Shown piece by piece: positions 51,646-64,000 of a DNA stretch of 64,000 nucleotides. Below the pieces are notes generated by a model. The model was not told the origin of the DNA. It saw only the letters and a list, made by a program, of their open reading frames with translations, and did no database searches. Position numbers and translations under genes: made by a program. The stretch lies in NCBI RefSeq assembly GCF_041248615.1, contig NZ_CP158426.1. One strand, 5' to 3'. This stretch comes from Escherichia coli (GTDB lineage Bacteria > Pseudomonadota > Gammaproteobacteria > Enterobacterales > Enterobacteriaceae). Position 1 is the stretch's first letter, and each line of letters starts with the position of its first letter.

Positions 51646-52368
51646 TTAAACGATGCGGCAGGCGTCGGCTTCCCAGCGGTAACCGACGCCGTAAACGGCA
51701 CGGATAAAGGACTGTTCGGCGTCGAGAGATTCCAGCTTGCGACGCAGGTTTTTAATGTGGCTGTCGATGGTGCGGTCGGTTACTACGCGGTAGTCGTCAT
51801 AAAGATGATTGAGCAATTGCTCGCGGGAGAACACTTTTCCTGGTTCATGAGAGAGCGTTTTCAGCAGACGAAATTCCGCAGGCGTCAGGTCAAGCATTTT
51901 ACCGCGCCATGAAGCCTGAAAACGACCTTCGTCGATAATCAACGGGCTTTCAGCATCCTGTTGCTGCAACTCACGCTGCGGTTTGCAACGGCGCAAAATG
52001 GTTTTGACGCGCGCTACCACTTCCCGTGGGCTGTACGGCTTGCAGATGTAGTCATCTGCACCAATCTCCAGCCCCAGCAGGCGGTCGATCTCTTCGATTT
52101 TTGCTGTCACCATCACGATCGGAATGTCAGAAAAACGACGAATTTCCCGGCACAGCGTCAGGCCATCGGTGCCAGGAAGCATAAGATCCAGCAGGATCAG
52201 ATCCGGTGGTGTCTGGCGCACATACGGCAGTACCTGATCGCCGTGGCTGATAAGCGTCGGCGCATAGCTCGCAGCACGCAGATAATCAATGAGCAACTGC
52301 CCCAGCTTCGGTTCATCTTCCACGATCAAAATACGCGGTGTGTTTTCGTCGATTGGTAACTCGGTCAT
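51646..52368 (-). CDS. baeR: Response regulator BaeR (240 aa, OmpR family)
   Basis: Receiver domain '[14 protein letters not shown]...[10 protein letters not shown]' and winged-helix C-terminus. Confidence 0.95.
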
Positions 52369-53768
52369 ACTTCTCTCTGTAAATCCCGTTCCAGCGGTAA
52401 CTCTACTGTAATGCTTACCCCGCCAAAAGGCGAATGGGCGGCAATAATGCGGCCATTATGTGCTTCAACAATGTTCAGGCAAATCGCCAGCCCCAGCCCG
52501 GAACCGCCGCTGGCTCGGTTGCGGGAACCTTCGGTGCGATAAAAACGTTCAAACAATTTTTGTAGCTGATCGTCACTGACGCCCGGCGCGCTGTCGGCAA
52601 AGGTCAGTCGCACCGTTTTGTCGTGCTGCTCGGCAGAGATTTTCAGGCTACCGCCGCTGTCAGTGTAGCGCAGGCTGTTTTCCAGTAAGTTATTGAATAA
52701 CTGCATTAAACGGTCGCGATCGCCAAATACGGTAATACTGTCTGGCAGGGAAAATTGCAGTTTCAGGCCACGGCTGGCGAATCTTTCGCGAAATGCGCCG
52801 CCCGCCACTTCCAGCAGTGGGATCAAATCTACCGGTGCTTTTTGATAGGCGAGAGCGCCTTCATCAGACATCGACAACTGATGGAGATCGTCAACCAGTT
52901 TGGTCAGTGTACCGACCTCCGCCTGTAAAGACGCCACCGTCTCCGGCGTGAATTTACGCACGCCATCCTGAATGGCTTCCAGTTCACCGCGCAGCACCGC
53001 TAATGGCGTACGCAGTTCGTGAGAAATATCGGCCATAAAATCGCGCCGCATTTGCTGGTTTTTCTCCAGCGTGCTGGCAAGCTGGTTGAAGTCTTGCGCC
53101 AGTTTGCCCAGTTCATCTTCACTGGTGGGTGTCACGCGGGTAGTGAAATCGCCCGCCGCCAGTTTGTGCGTGCCGTCCACCAGCCGTTTGACCGGGGCCA
53201 ACAGACCACGCGCCAGCAGAAAGGTGGCGAGTGCCGCGAGTAACGTAGCCAGGGCGACAATCAGCCAGCTGGTTTGCCGCTGTTGTTTATCGAAATTGAT
53301 ATCAGTATTGCGGGTCAGTCGCTCAATAGGGGAGGCAATCACCGCACCCACTTCCGCACCGTTGACCAGAATGGGTCGCCGTGTACCGTCAGGTGGAATC
53401 GGCGCTCGCGGACCAACCAGCACTTTGTTGTTTTGATCGACCACCCAGAACTGAGTACGCCAGCCGTGCGGCGGCATACCCGGGCCGGGTTTATCTTCCG
53501 AATTATCGTGTTCAAATGAACGCAGGATCTGAAAGACAAAGCGATCGTTGTTGCGCAGGAAGCGCCAGTTACCATGCTGCGCATACTGCTCGCCAAGCGC
53601 ATCACTTAACAGCTGTAATCGCTGTTCATTGCCGTGTTTGATGTAATCAATAAAGCCACGCTCAAAACTGATACGCACCGCCCAGTGCATACTGATCAGC
53701 AAGACAATGCAGGTGGCGAAAATCGCCAGAAACAGTTTGCCGGTAATACCGGGTCGCCAGAACTTCAT
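52365..53768 (-). CDS. baeS: Sensor histidine kinase BaeS (467 aa)
   Basis: H-box '[11 protein letters not shown]'; HAMP; ATPase G-boxes. Confidence 0.95.
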
Positions 53769-55180
53769 TGCGCGCTCCTTTTTCGCCGCGAAATAGCTAC
53801 ATTTTGATGCGTATCGTTCGGCACTCTGGCAAAGATGAACGCCGGAAGGGCGATGATAAACGCCATGCTAAGCCAGGTGTACATAAAGACGGTTTGTGTG
53901 GTGCCGCTGTCGATGCTGACATGCTGCGAACCAAAAAGCCCCAGCAACAGCCCGGCGATGGTGACGCCGATACTCATCGACAATTGCATAATCATCGACA
54001 GCAGACTGTTGCCGCTGCTCGCCAGATTGTCCGGGAGATCTTTCAGCGTCAGGGTGTTCATGGAGGAGAAACGGGTCGAGTTGACCATCCCTTGTAAAAA
54101 CAGGACGAACGGCAAAACGTAGTACCAGCCCAGCAGAGCGGTAGTCATAAACAATAGGGTGACCAGCGACAGACCCAGCGTGGTCGCCACCAGCACCCGA
54201 CGGTAGCCAAAGCGATTCACTACCTGTACCACAATTCGCTTCATTCCCATGCTGCCGAGTACCATCGGGATCATCATCAGTCCGGCATGAAACGGCGAGA
54301 AACCGAGGCCAATTTGCAGGAAAACCGGTGTCATAAAGGGCAACATGCCACTGCCAATACGTCCGGCAAAGCTCCCCGCCAGGCCCAGCGAAAAGGTACG
54401 AGTGCGGAACAGTTTCAGACTGAACAGGGCGCGGTTGTTATTTCTGGCGTGCAGCAGATAAAGCACCAGTGCCACCACGCCAACTGCGACCAGGCCAGCA
54501 ATCGCCAGCGGCGATAAACCTGTACCTTTACTGCCGTCCAGCGCCAGGGTTAATACCGCCATGCCAATCGCCAGCAATAAAAAGCCGGAGAGATCGAAGC
54601 GCCGCGTCTGCATGGTGTAGTTCGGCATTAACATCAGTGTGGCGATCGCGCCGATAATTCCCACCGGAATGTTGATCAAAAAGATCCAGTGCCACGACGC
54701 GTACTCCACCAGCAGGCCGCCGAGCGCCGGACCGAGCAGCGGCCCGACCTGACCGGGTAACGTGACAAAGGTCATCGCCGCCATATATTGCTCGCGCGGT
54801 ACGATTTTCATCACCGTCAACCTGCCGACCGGCACCATCATCGCACCGCCAACGCCCTGTAACGCGCGTGCCAGCAACAGTTCGTTCAGCGTGCCGGAAA
54901 GCGCGCAAAACAGTGAACCGAGAGTAAACAGCACGATGGCGGTAAAGAAAATATTGCGCACGCCGACTTTGTCCGCCAGCCAGCCGCTGGCGGGCAGCAT
55001 CACCGCCACGGTCAGTACATAAGAGACAATGACCATGTGCATATGCAACGGACTTTCCCCGAGGCTTTGCGCCATTGAGGGAAGCGCGGTGTTGACGATG
55101 GTGGTGTCCAGCGACTGCATAAAGAAGCCGAAAGCCACAATCCACAATTGCCAGCGGGTGCTGTCGGGAAGATCTGTCAT
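53765..55180 (-). CDS. mdtD: MFS transporter MdtD (471 aa)
   Basis: 14-transmembrane MFS; operon position. Confidence 0.9.
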   Translation of the reverse strand: MTDLPDSTRWQLWIVAFGFFMQSLDTTIVNTALPSMAQSLGESPLHMHMVIVSYVLTVAVMLPASGWLADKVGVRNIFFTAIVLFTLGSLFCALSGTLNELLLARALQGVGGAMMVPVGRLTVMKIVPREQYMAAMTFVTLPGQVGPLLGPALGGLLVEYASWHWIFLINIPVGIIGAIATLMLMPNYTMQTRRFDLSGFLLLAIGMAVLTLALDGSKGTGLSPLAIAGLVAVGVVALVLYLLHARNNNRALFSLKLFRTRTFSLGLAGSFAGRIGSGMLPFMTPVFLQIGLGFSPFHAGLMMIPMVLGSMGMKRIVVQVVNRFGYRRVLVATTLGLSLVTLLFMTTALLGWYYVLPFVLFLQGMVNSTRFSSMNTLTLKDLPDNLASSGNSLLSMIMQLSMSIGVTIAGLLLGLFGSQHVSIDSGTTQTVFMYTWLSMAFIIALPAFIFARVPNDTHQNVAISRRKRSAQ

Positions 55181-58100
55181 TTACTCGGTTACCGTTTGTT
55201 TAGGTTTACGCGAAAAACGCAGCCGCAGACGGTCGAAAAAGAGATACACCACCGGCGTGGTATACAGCGTCAGAAGCTGGCTCATTACCAGACCGCCGAC
55301 AATGGTGATCCCCAGGGGTTGGCGCAGCTCCGAGCCGTCACCGCCCGACAACACCAGCGGCAGCGCGCCAAACAGCGCCGCCAGGGTAGTCATCATAATC
55401 GGGCGAAAACGCAGCAGACAGGCCTGGAAAATAGCTTCCTGCGGCGTCAGGTTACCGTGCCGTTGGGCTTCAAGCGCAAAATCGACCATCATGATGGCGT
55501 TTTTCTTTACGATGCCGATTAATAGCATGATCCCTATCAGGGCGATTAGGCTGAACGGGGCATTGAACAGCTCCAGCGCCAGCAGCGCTCCAACGCCCGC
55601 CGAGGGCAGAGTGGAGAGAATCGTCAGCGGATGTACGTAACTCTCGTAAAGGATACCCAGCACGATATACACCGTGGCGATGGCGGCGATAATCAGGATC
55701 ACCTGCGAGTTCATCGTCTCCTGGAACACCTGCGCCGTGCCGGCAAAACTACCGCGCACCGTCGAAGGCACACCAAGCTGGGTCATTGCGCGATCGATCG
55801 CCGCACTGGCGTCCGAGAGCGATTTCCCGGTCGGCAGGTTGAACGAGATGGTCGAGGCTGCCGATAATCCCTGATGATTCACCGATAGTGGGGCATTCGC
55901 CGGTTGCCATTTAGCGAAATACGACAGCGGGATCGCTTTTCCTTCGTTATTGATAACGAACATTTTTTCCAGCGCGCTGATGTCCTGGGTATAACGCGGA
56001 TCCACTTCCATCACCACTTTGTACTGGTTCATTGGCTGATAAATGGTCGAGATTTGCCGCTGACCGAAGGCGTTATTTAACAGGCTGTTGGCGGCCTGTA
56101 CGTCGATTCCCAGCCGTGCCATGGTGTCGCGATCGTAAACCAGATTCATCTCCGCGCCGTTATCCTGCTGATCGGAGTTCACGTCCGCCAGTTCCGGCAA
56201 CGTCGCCAGTTTTTTGCGGATTTTCGGCTCCCATTCGCGCAGTGCCGCCAGGTCGTCGGATAACAACGTGTACTGGTAGCTGGCGTTCGACTGACGCCCA
56301 CCAACGCGAATATCCTGTACCGCCATCAGGAACAGATTCGCCCCCGGTTCTTTCGCCAGTTTTACGCGCAGACGGTCGATAATTTGCTGCGCCGTTTCGC
56401 TGCGTTCGTCGCGTGGCTTGAGGGTGATAAACATCATCCCACTGTTCACCCGCGAACCGCCGGTAAAGCCGGTGACATTATCCACCGCCGGATCGTCACG
56501 GATAATTTTCATAAAATCCTGCAACTTACCGCGCATCGCCTGAAACGAAATACTCTGATCCGCCTGTATCCCGCCCATCAACACGCCGGTGTCCTGCTCC
56601 GGGAAGAAGGTTTTCGGGATCGAGATATATAGCCAGATATTCAGCGCAATGGTGCCAAGCAGCACCACGCCCACCAGACGGGTATGATTGAGCACCCATT
56701 TCAGCGACTTGCCATAGCCTTGTTGCAGGGCTACCAACATGCGACCAAAACCACGCAGTCGCTTTTGCTCGCGCGGCTTGCTGGCTTTCAGCATCCAGCC
56801 ACACATCATCGGCGTTAGCGTCAGGGAAACCAGCAACGAAATACCAATGGCGACAGAAAGCGTCACGGCAAACTCGCGTAACAGTCGGCCCGGCAATCCG
56901 CCCATCAACAGCAGCGGCAGGAACACCGCCACCAGTGACAGACTCATCGACAGCACCGTAAAACCGACTTCGCGAGTACCTTGCAGTGCGGCTTGCAACG
57001 GTTTCATTCCCGCTTCCAGATGACGTGCAATGTTTTCCAGCACCACGATGGCGTCATCCACCACGAAACCAGTAGCAATGGTGAGCGCCATTAACGAAAG
57101 ATTATTGAGACTGAAACCGCACAGGTACATCGCCGCAAACGTACCAATCAGCGAAACCGGCACCGCAACGGCGGGAATAATAGTGGCGCGACCCGAGCGC
57201 AGGAATAAAAAGACCACCAGAATGACCAGCGCCACCGAGATAATCAGCGTTTGCTCGACTTCCTCCAGCGAGGCGCGAATAGTGGGGGAGCGATCCTGGG
57301 CAATTTGCAGATCAATCGCCGCCGGAATGGTCTCCTGCAACTCCGGTAATTTTGCCCGGATGCTGTCAACCGTCTGGATTATATTGGCTTCCGGCAGCTT
57401 GCGGATCATCAGCAAAATAGCCGGTTTGGCGTTGGTCATCCCGGCGTTACGTACATCTTGTACAGAGTCGGTCACCGTCGCCACATCGCCCAGACGAACC
57501 GCGCCGCCGTTGTTGTAATGAATAATCAACGGCTGATATTCAGCGGCGGTTTTCAGTTCATCGTTAGTCTGGATCTGCCAGCGGTGAGTATCATCTTCCA
57601 GCGCCCCCTGCGGTTTACGCACGTTGGCATTGCTGATGGCGGTGCGCACATCGTCCAGCGACACGCCCTGATTAAACAGCGCCTGCGGATTCAGCCCGAC
57701 GCGTACGGCGGGCAGTGAGCTGCCGCCGACATCGACATCACCAACACCGTCGATTTGCGAAATCGTCGGAGCCAGCTGCGTCGAGGCGAAATCGTACAGT
57801 TCACCCTGCGAATAAGTATCGGATGTCAGCGTGAGGATCATTATTGGCGCATCCGACGGGTTCGCTTTGCGATAGGTCGGACGGCTTGGCATCCCGCTGG
57901 GCAGCAAACTTTGCGCGGCGTTGATCGCCGCTTGCACATCGCGCGCTGCGCCGTTGATATCGCGGTCAAAATCAAACTGCAAAATAATGCGCGTGCTGCC
58001 GAGCGAACTGCTGGAGGTCATTTCACTGACCCCGGCAATGCGCCCAAGTGAGCGCTCCAGCGGCGTGGCAACGGAAGACGCCATTGTTTCTGGTGACGCA

Positions 58101-58258
58101 CCGGGCAGCGAGGCGCTGACCATAATCACCGGAAAATCGACCTGCGGCAGCGGGGCGACCGGCAGCATACGGAAGCCCAGTATGCCGCACAGGGTAATGG
58201 CGACCGACAGTAAAATCGTCGCCACCGGGCGGTAAATGAAGAGGGCAAAAAACTTCAT
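55181..58258 (-). CDS. mdtC: RND efflux pump subunit MdtC (1025 aa)
   Basis: Length; RND family; operon position. Confidence 0.95.
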   Translation of the reverse strand: MKFFALFIYRPVATILLSVAITLCGILGFRMLPVAPLPQVDFPVIMVSASLPGASPETMASSVATPLERSLGRIAGVSEMTSSSSLGSTRIILQFDFDRDINGAARDVQAAINAAQSLLPSGMPSRPTYRKANPSDAPIMILTLTSDTYSQGELYDFASTQLAPTISQIDGVGDVDVGGSSLPAVRVGLNPQALFNQGVSLDDVRTAISNANVRKPQGALEDDTHRWQIQTNDELKTAAEYQPLIIHYNNGGAVRLGDVATVTDSVQDVRNAGMTNAKPAILLMIRKLPEANIIQTVDSIRAKLPELQETIPAAIDLQIAQDRSPTIRASLEEVEQTLIISVALVILVVFLFLRSGRATIIPAVAVPVSLIGTFAAMYLCGFSLNNLSLMALTIATGFVVDDAIVVLENIARHLEAGMKPLQAALQGTREVGFTVLSMSLSLVAVFLPLLLMGGLPGRLLREFAVTLSVAIGISLLVSLTLTPMMCGWMLKASKPREQKRLRGFGRMLVALQQGYGKSLKWVLNHTRLVGVVLLGTIALNIWLYISIPKTFFPEQDTGVLMGGIQADQSISFQAMRGKLQDFMKIIRDDPAVDNVTGFTGGSRVNSGMMFITLKPRDERSETAQQIIDRLRVKLAKEPGANLFLMAVQDIRVGGRQSNASYQYTLLSDDLAALREWEPKIRKKLATLPELADVNSDQQDNGAEMNLVYDRDTMARLGIDVQAANSLLNNAFGQRQISTIYQPMNQYKVVMEVDPRYTQDISALEKMFVINNEGKAIPLSYFAKWQPANAPLSVNHQGLSAASTISFNLPTGKSLSDASAAIDRAMTQLGVPSTVRGSFAGTAQVFQETMNSQVILIIAAIATVYIVLGILYESYVHPLTILSTLPSAGVGALLALELFNAPFSLIALIGIMLLIGIVKKNAIMMVDFALEAQRHGNLTPQEAIFQACLLRFRPIMMTTLAALFGALPLVLSGGDGSELRQPLGITIVGGLVMSQLLTLYTTPVVYLFFDRLRLRFSRKPKQTVTE

Positions 58259-61200
58259 TTACGCCTCCTCTTCATGACGGGCAAAGCGGCTTTTGGTCCA
58301 CAATGCCAGGCGGTCGAATAGCAGATAAATCACTGGCGTGGTAAACAGCGTCAGCACCTGGCTGACAATCAGACCGCCGACCATGCCGATACCTAACGGA
58401 CGACGCAGTTCCGCGCCGACCCCGGTACTCAACATCAGCGGCAGCGCGCCAAGCAGAGCCGCCAGAGTGGTCATCAGGATCGGACGAAAACGCAACAGAC
58501 AAGCCTGGTAGATGGCATCGCGCGGCGACATGCCTTGCTCGCGCTCAGCAGCCAGCGCGAAGTCGATCATCATGATGGCGTTCTTCTTCACGATACCGAT
58601 CAGCAAAATAATGCCGATAATGGCAATCACATCCAGTTCGCTACCGGCAATCATTAACGCCAGCAGTGCGCCGACCCCTGCGGTGGGTAGCGTCGAGAGA
58701 ATGGTGATCGGGTGAATAAAGCTCTCGTACAGAATGCCGAGCACGATATACATCGCCACCACCGCCGCGACAATCAGCCAGACAGTGCTGCCCAACGCCG
58801 ACTGGAAGGCGAGGGTGCTGCCCTGGAACTGCGTGGTGATATCCACCGGCAGATTCAGCGTCTTTTCGGTGTCCATAATCGCCTGCACCGCATCGCCCAG
58901 CGAATAGTTATCCGGCACGTTAAAGGAGATGGTCGTTACCGGGAACTGATCCAGATGGTTGATGGAAAGCGGCGCAAAACGCTGCTCAATTTTGGCAATT
59001 GAGCTTAACGGCACCACTCCACCGTCGCTGCTGGTCAGGCGAATGGTATCCAGCGCCGCGAGGCCTGGGGTATTTTCGGTGTTGTGTTCCAGCACCACGC
59101 GATACTGGTTAGCCTGAGTATAAATAGTGGAAATCAGCCGCTGACCAAACGCGTTGTACAGGGCGTTATCGACATCCGCCATGCTGATCCCCAGACGGCT
59201 GGCGCTGTCGCGATCAACATTGACATACGCCACCAGCCCTTTGTCCTGCCAGTCGCTGGAGACATCAGATAGCTGTGGCAGCTGCTGGAGTTTTTCCATC
59301 AACTGTGGCACCCAGGTACTGAGCGCATCCAGTGACGTGGCCTGCAAGGTAAACTGGTACTGGGTGCGGCTGACCTGAGTATCGATGGTCAGGTCCTGCG
59401 TTGGTTGCAGGAAGAGATCGACGCCCGGCACTTTATCCACCGCCGTTTGCAGACGGGCGATGACTTTTTGCACCCGATCATCACGTTCATCCAACGGTTT
59501 GAGGTTGATCTGCAAACGCGCACTGTTCAGCGACGGGTTAGTGCCATCAACGCCAACAAACGAGGTCAGGCTTTGCACTGCCGGATCCTGCAAAATCACA
59601 TCCGCGACCTGGCGTTGCCGCTGGGCCATATTGGCAAAGGAGCTGGATTGCGGTGCCTGCAAAGTGCCCTGAATAATGCCGTTGTCCTGTACCGGGAAGA
59701 AACCTTTCGGAATGAACACCCACAACAGCACGCTAAGCAGCAGCGTGCTGAGCGCCACGCTTAAGGTCAGCCACGGATGATTCAGCACTTTCGCCAGTCC
59801 ACGACCATAGGCGGTGATTATCCTGTCGAACATTTTCTCCAAGGCTCGGGAGAAGCGGTTCTGTTTACGCAGCGACTCCTGGCTGAGCATCCGCGCGCAC
59901 ATCATCGGTGTCAGGGTCAGCGACACCACTGCTGAGATCAAAATCGCGACGGCCAGAGTAATAGCAAATTCGCGGAACAGTCGCCCGACGATATCGCCCA
60001 TAAACAGCAGTGGGATCAACACCGCAATCAGTGAGAAGGTCAGCGAGATAATGGTAAAGCCGATTTCACCTGCGCCTTTGAGCGCCGCCGCCAGCGGTTT
60101 TTCGCCTTTTTCGATATAGCGCGAAATGTTCTCGATCACCACGATGGCGTCATCGACCACGAATCCGGTGGCGATAGTTAACGCCATCAGCGTCAGGTTA
60201 TTGATCGAAAAATCGAGAAACACCATAACCGCGAAAGTGCCGATTAACGACAGCGGTACAGCAACACCGGGAATGATGGTCGCCGGAATATTGCGCAAAA
60301 ACAGGTAGATAATCATGACTACCAGCGCGATAGCCATCATCAATTCAAACTGGGTATCGTTGACCGATGCGCGGATGTTGGTGGTGCGGTCAGAAAGCAC
60401 TGTCACCTTCACCGATTTCGGCAAACTCTCGGTGAGCTGTGGCAGCATCTGCCGGATGCTGTCGGCGGTGGAGATAATGTTAGCACCGGGCTGGCGCTGA
60501 ACATTCATCACAATGGCCTGTTCTTTGTTCGCCCACGCGCCGAGCCAGCTGTTTTCTGCTCCTTGCTCTACGGTTGCGACATCGCCCAGACGAATCGGCG
60601 CGCCGTTCTGGTAGGCAATAATTAGCTGGCGATACTCTTCGGCGGATTGCATCTGGTCGTTCGCGGAAAGGGTGACCGCGCGGGAAGGGCCGTCGAGGCT
60701 ACCTTTTGCCGAGTTAACGTTAGCGCCGGTAATAGCGGTGCGCACGGTTTCGCTGGTCAGGCCGAGGGCGGCAATCGCCTGAGCGTTAAGTTTGACACGA
60801 ACAGCCGGACGCTGGCCGCTGGAAAGCGTCACCAGGCCGACACCGGAAATCTGCGAGATTTTCTGCGCGACGCGGGTTTCCACCATATCTTCCACTTGCG
60901 TCATTGGCATGGCGGTTGAGGTGACGGCGAGCGTCATGATTGGTGGATCTGCCGGGTTCACTTTGCTGTAAACCGGCGGGTTAGGCAGATCGCTCGGCAA
61001 CAAGTTGGTCGCAGCGTTAATCGCGGCCTGCACTTCCTGCTCGGCGACATCCAGCGGTAATGTTAGCTGGAACTGCAAAGTGATAACTGACGCACCGCCG
61101 GAACTTTGCGACGACATCTGTTTCAGGCCAGACATCTGCCCAAACTGGCGTTCAAGCGGCGCGGTAACGGCAGAGGTCATGACATCCGGGCTCGCACCTG

Positions 61201-61381
61201 GGTAGAGCGTGACTACCTGAATGGTCGGATAGTCCACTTCCGGCAGCGCCGAAACGGGCAGGGCTCGATAACCGATAATCCCGGCGAGTAAGATCGCCAC
61301 CATCAGCAGCGTGGTGGCGACAGGACGCATAATAAACAGGCGCGACGGGCCGCCTGTGCTGCTCGGGGGTAACACCTGCAT
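58259..61381 (-). CDS. mdtB: RND efflux pump subunit MdtB (1040 aa)
   Basis: Length; RND family. Confidence 0.95.
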   Translation of the reverse strand: MQVLPPSSTGGPSRLFIMRPVATTLLMVAILLAGIIGYRALPVSALPEVDYPTIQVVTLYPGASPDVMTSAVTAPLERQFGQMSGLKQMSSQSSGGASVITLQFQLTLPLDVAEQEVQAAINAATNLLPSDLPNPPVYSKVNPADPPIMTLAVTSTAMPMTQVEDMVETRVAQKISQISGVGLVTLSSGQRPAVRVKLNAQAIAALGLTSETVRTAITGANVNSAKGSLDGPSRAVTLSANDQMQSAEEYRQLIIAYQNGAPIRLGDVATVEQGAENSWLGAWANKEQAIVMNVQRQPGANIISTADSIRQMLPQLTESLPKSVKVTVLSDRTTNIRASVNDTQFELMMAIALVVMIIYLFLRNIPATIIPGVAVPLSLIGTFAVMVFLDFSINNLTLMALTIATGFVVDDAIVVIENISRYIEKGEKPLAAALKGAGEIGFTIISLTFSLIAVLIPLLFMGDIVGRLFREFAITLAVAILISAVVSLTLTPMMCARMLSQESLRKQNRFSRALEKMFDRIITAYGRGLAKVLNHPWLTLSVALSTLLLSVLLWVFIPKGFFPVQDNGIIQGTLQAPQSSSFANMAQRQRQVADVILQDPAVQSLTSFVGVDGTNPSLNSARLQINLKPLDERDDRVQKVIARLQTAVDKVPGVDLFLQPTQDLTIDTQVSRTQYQFTLQATSLDALSTWVPQLMEKLQQLPQLSDVSSDWQDKGLVAYVNVDRDSASRLGISMADVDNALYNAFGQRLISTIYTQANQYRVVLEHNTENTPGLAALDTIRLTSSDGGVVPLSSIAKIEQRFAPLSINHLDQFPVTTISFNVPDNYSLGDAVQAIMDTEKTLNLPVDITTQFQGSTLAFQSALGSTVWLIVAAVVAMYIVLGILYESFIHPITILSTLPTAGVGALLALMIAGSELDVIAIIGIILLIGIVKKNAIMMIDFALAAEREQGMSPRDAIYQACLLRFRPILMTTLAALLGALPLMLSTGVGAELRRPLGIGMVGGLIVSQVLTLFTTPVIYLLFDRLALWTKSRFARHEEEA

Positions 61382-62628
61382 CAGGAGCGTGCTCCTTTTT
61401 TCGCGTATTCGCGGCTGGTGGCTTTCTCTTCCGGAGTGGTGGCGCTCTGGGCTTCCACTACTTCCACTTTCGCCCCTTCGGTCAGGCGATCAATGCCGTC
61501 TGTCACTACGCGGTCGCCCGCAGAAATACCTGCGCGGATCACCACTTTCTGACTGTCCTGAATGCCCGGCGTCACCAGATGTTTGCTGACCTTGTTTTCG
61601 CTATTCAGCACCCAGACAAAATGGCCTTCGTTGCCCATTTGCAGAGCGGCGGTGGGGATCACTACGGCGTTTTGTTCGGTGTCGACTAACATACGCGCGT
61701 TAACAAACTGATTGGGAAACAGCGCATCATCCTGATTATTAAAGCGTGCTTTCACTTTAATCGTACCGGTAGTGGCATCGATTTGGTTATCGAGACTTAA
61801 CAGCGTGCCTTCACTTAATTTCTTCGAGTTGGTGCGATCCCAGGCTTCAACAACCAGCGGTTTTCCGGCTTTTTGCGCCTGTACTACGGTAGCGATATCG
61901 CTTTCCGGCAGGGTAAAGAGCAAATCGATAGGATGCGTCTGGGTGATCACCACAATCCCGGTGGTATCACCACTGGAGATTTGGTTACCAACATCAACCT
62001 GCTTGAGACCAACGCGACCATCGATTGGTGCGGTGATGCGGCTCCAGTCGAGCTGCAGCTGCGCGCTGGCGACGCTTGCTTCATCAGCCTTAATGGTGCC
62101 TTCGGTTTCACTGACCAGCGCCTGTTGGGCATCCAGCTCCTGGCGGGAGACAAGATTGGTTTTTGCCAGTTGTTGATAACGCGCCAGGTCACGGCGGGCG
62201 TTGGCAAGCGTGGCTTTATCTTTTGCCAGTTGGCCCTGGGCTTGTGCTAATGCAACTTTGAACTGGCTTGGGTCAATTTCTGCCAGTAAATCGCCTGCTT
62301 TGACCTGCTGGCCTTCCTGGAAATGTAACGCCATCAGTTGACCGTCCACGCGGCTGCGCACCGTAACGGTATTAGCGGCGGTAATGGTGCCAAGCCCGGT
62401 GAGATAACGTGGCACAGCTTGTTCTACGGCAGTCGCCGCCTGAACCGGGGCTAATGGGCCGGCACGCATACCACGGCGACCACCCGCTGGCGATTGCTGC
62501 GCTTGTTTCGTCGCCCCTGGGGCTGCACTCTGGGAGTCATTGCGGCCTTGCCAGAACCAGAATGCGGCGATGGCGGCGATAACCAACACGATTACGATTA
62601 CCCAACGGGATTTATAACTGCCTTTCAT
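61381..62628 (-). CDS. mdtA: Membrane fusion protein MdtA (415 aa from '[14 protein letters not shown]')
   Basis: Start chosen at the internal Met that gives the K-12 length; HlyD-family coiled coil. Confidence 0.9.
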   Translation of the reverse strand: MKGSYKSRWVIVIVLVIAAIAAFWFWQGRNDSQSAAPGATKQAQQSPAGGRRGMRAGPLAPVQAATAVEQAVPRYLTGLGTITAANTVTVRSRVDGQLMALHFQEGQQVKAGDLLAEIDPSQFKVALAQAQGQLAKDKATLANARRDLARYQQLAKTNLVSRQELDAQQALVSETEGTIKADEASVASAQLQLDWSRITAPIDGRVGLKQVDVGNQISSGDTTGIVVITQTHPIDLLFTLPESDIATVVQAQKAGKPLVVEAWDRTNSKKLSEGTLLSLDNQIDATTGTIKVKARFNNQDDALFPNQFVNARMLVDTEQNAVVIPTAALQMGNEGHFVWVLNSENKVSKHLVTPGIQDSQKVVIRAGISAGDRVVTDGIDRLTEGAKVEVVEAQSATTPEEKATSREYAKKGARS

Positions 62629-62681
62629 CGTTAAGAGTTTCTCTTCCTGAAACGTTTCACGGAATGATACTAGTGTAGCCA

Positions 62682-62699
62682 GCCAATAAGGGAGAAAAA
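62682..62699 (-). promoter_or_regulatory. BaeR box upstream of mdtA (minus strand reads TTTTTCTCCCTTATTGGC)
   Basis: Matches the BaeR consensus TTTTTCTCCATDATTGGC as I recall it. Confidence 0.55.
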
Positions 62700-62856
62700 T
62701 GGAGGAATTATGAAACACTGTCGGGAATCGTCTGAATGACGGGCACATTTGCGAGCACGCATCCAGTAATAACACATGAAACTATTTTATCTGCAAGTTA
62801 GCGATAGACTGCTTGCATGGCGAAAGGAGGTAAGCCGCCGTTTTCAGCGGGACGCT

Positions 62857-63000
62857 GAAACGGGAAAGCCCCTCCCGAGGAAGGGGCCTTAAATAAGGAA
62901 AGGGTCATGATGAAGCTACTCATCATCGTGGTGCTCTTAGTGATTAGCTACCCAGCATACTAAGACTACCAGGGCGGGGGAAACCCCGCTCTACCCTCAC
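62857..63000 (-). ncRNA. sib: Sib-type antisense sRNA antitoxin, copy 1 (coordinates approximate)
   Basis: Sib RNAs are ~140 nt and encoded fully antisense to ibs. A minus-strand terminator hairpin is at 62868-62888. The 5' end is inferred, not seen. Confidence 0.4.
62907..62963 (+). CDS. ibs: Ibs-family type I toxin, 18 aa (MMKLLIIVVLLVISYPAY)
   Basis: AGG Shine-Dalgarno upstream; MMK...hydrophobic...Y pattern characteristic of Ibs peptides. Confidence 0.75.
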   Translation: MMKLLIIVVLLVISYPAY

Positions 63001-63184
63001 TCCTGAAAGTATGCCTTCACGATAAGATTGTCAATCTGCAGGCTTTGCAGTCTGCGATCCTGCCAGCAAATATTCTTTGCGAGACGTTACGCAATAATCA
63101 CACTGGAAACTATTTTATCCGCAAGTCAGCGATAGACTGCATACAGGGCGAAAGGAGGTAAGCCGACGATTTCAGCGGGACGCT

Positions 63185-63328
63185 GAAACGGGAAAGCCCC
63201 TCCCGAGGAAGGGGCCTTAAATAAGGAAAGGGTCATGATGAAGATACTCATCATCGTGGTGCTCTTAGTGATTAGCTACCCAGCATACTAAGACTACCAG
63301 GGCGGGGGAAACCCCGCTCTACCCTCAC
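63185..63328 (-). ncRNA. sib: Sib-type antisense sRNA, copy 2 (approximate)
   Basis: By homology with unit 1. Confidence 0.4.
63235..63291 (+). CDS. ibs: Ibs-family type I toxin, 18 aa (MMKILIIVVLLVISYPAY)
   Basis: Second repeat unit; same arrangement. Confidence 0.75.
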   Translation: MMKILIIVVLLVISYPAY

Positions 63329-63512
63329 TCCTGAAAGTATGCCTTCACGATAAGATTGTCAATCCGCAGGCTTTGCAGTCTGCGATCCTGCCAGCAAATA
63401 TTCTTTGCGAGTCGTTACGCAATAATCACAGAGGAAACTATTTTGGTCACGCGTTAGCGATAGACTGCATTCAGGGCGAAAGGAGGTAAGCCGACGATTT
63501 CAGCGGGACGCT

Positions 63513-63660
63513 GAAACGGGAAACCCTCTCCCGGAGAAGAGGGCTTTTAATAAGGAAAGGGTTATGATGAAGCACGTCATCATACTGGAGATACTCTTAG
63601 TGATTAGCTTCCAGGCTTACTAAGAACACCAGGGGGAGGGAGAAACCTCTCCCTAACCCT
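63513..63660 (-). ncRNA. sib: Sib-type antisense sRNA, copy 3 (approximate)
   Basis: By homology with unit 1. Confidence 0.35.
63564..63623 (+). CDS. ibs: Ibs-family type I toxin variant, 19 aa (MMKHVIILEILLVISFQAY), IbsA-like, with Glu in the hydrophobic core
   Basis: Third, diverged repeat unit. Confidence 0.65.
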   Translation: MMKHVIILEILLVISFQAY

Positions 63661-63842
63661 CACTCCTGAAATTATGTCACTCCGCCCTTAGTGTCAATCG
63701 ACGGCTCTCCGTTCTTGCGAGGCGAATAGCAAAATTTTCTGCGCCGCCGGGCCTAATTCTGAAAGTTTCTTCGTTTGCTCTTATTTCATTATTGCAATCG
63801 GTATGATACCGGGCCTCAATAATTCTCTAAGAAAGGATTTCT

Positions 63843-64000
63843 TATGAGCGAACAAATCACGTTTGCCACCAGCGATTTTGCCAGTAACCCGGAACCACGT
63901 TGCCCCTGCATTTTGCTGCTGGATGTTTCTGGTTCTATGAACGGTAGACCTATTAATGAACTTAACGCCGGATTGGTTACCTTTCGCGATGAGCTGCTTG
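63843..64000 (+). CDS. yegL: 5' end of yegL (vWA-domain protein), partial; reads [52 protein letters not shown]...
   Basis: vWA MIDAS motif 'DVSGSM'; runs off the window end. Confidence 0.8.

Larger units (their letters stand above)
62781..63700. repeat. Three tandem ~328-bp ibs/sib type-I toxin-antitoxin repeat units (units begin ~62781, ~63109, ~63437)
   Basis: Near-identical units 1 and 2 and a diverged unit 3. Each contains a short hydrophobic ORF plus conserved hairpins. Confidence 0.85.

Noticed and set aside
62781-63764. Regularly spaced repeats that might be a CRISPR array
   Set aside because: The period is ~328 bp, whole units are near-identical, and each unit encodes an Ibs peptide. 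This is the ibs/sib repeat family, not CRISPR.

Overview
This window is Escherichia coli chromosomal DNA, syntenic with the K-12 region around 47 min, read here in the orientation yehM'→yegL'. The gene symbols come from my recollection of K-12 synteny and protein N-termini; I ran no database searches. The gene order is yehM' (5' end)-yehL-yehK-yehI-molR(yehH)-metG | mrp(apbC)-yehE-yehDCBA fimbrial operon | rcnB-rcnA | rcnR | ~12.6-kb island | thiM-thiD-yegX-yegW | yegV-yegU-yegT | fbaB-gatYZABCD-gatR | yegS | yegR | cyaR sRNA | yegQ-yegP-baeR-baeS-mdtDCBA | three tandem ibs/sib type-I toxin-antitoxin repeats | yegL (5' end).

The main non-core feature is a visibly AT-rich island of about 12.6 kb (20600..33185) inserted into the thiM leader. 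It is flanked by identical 79-bp direct repeats that are copies of the thiM TPP-riboswitch aptamer, so the riboswitch serves as the integration site. Its contents are:
- a tyrosine integrase at the left end;
- an overlapping two-gene operon of a PD-(D/E)xK nuclease-like protein (300 aa) and an SF2 helicase (862 aa), which I read as a candidate Hachiman-like (HamA/HamB) anti-phage system;
- a small serine recombinase (resolvase) with a res-like array of inverted repeats;
- a minus-strand module of a secreted 119-aa protein, a 346-aa membrane/coiled-coil protein, a ~1-kb non-coding region rich in GATC and TTCGCT iteron-like repeats, and a 491-aa P-loop NTPase with a C-terminal AT-hook, possibly a rep/ori-like module;
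- an IS2 copy with a 5-bp CATAT target duplication that splits a small ORF;
- three GGTAC direct repeats (33074..33102) near the right end that are candidate arm-type sites.

Other points: two RcnR operators of the TACT-G6-N-AGTA type; intact molR and gatR (both disrupted in K-12 as I recall); no P2-like remnant next to cyaR; three ibs/sib repeat units rather than the two in K-12; and a candidate 29-aa small-protein gene between yehL and yehK.
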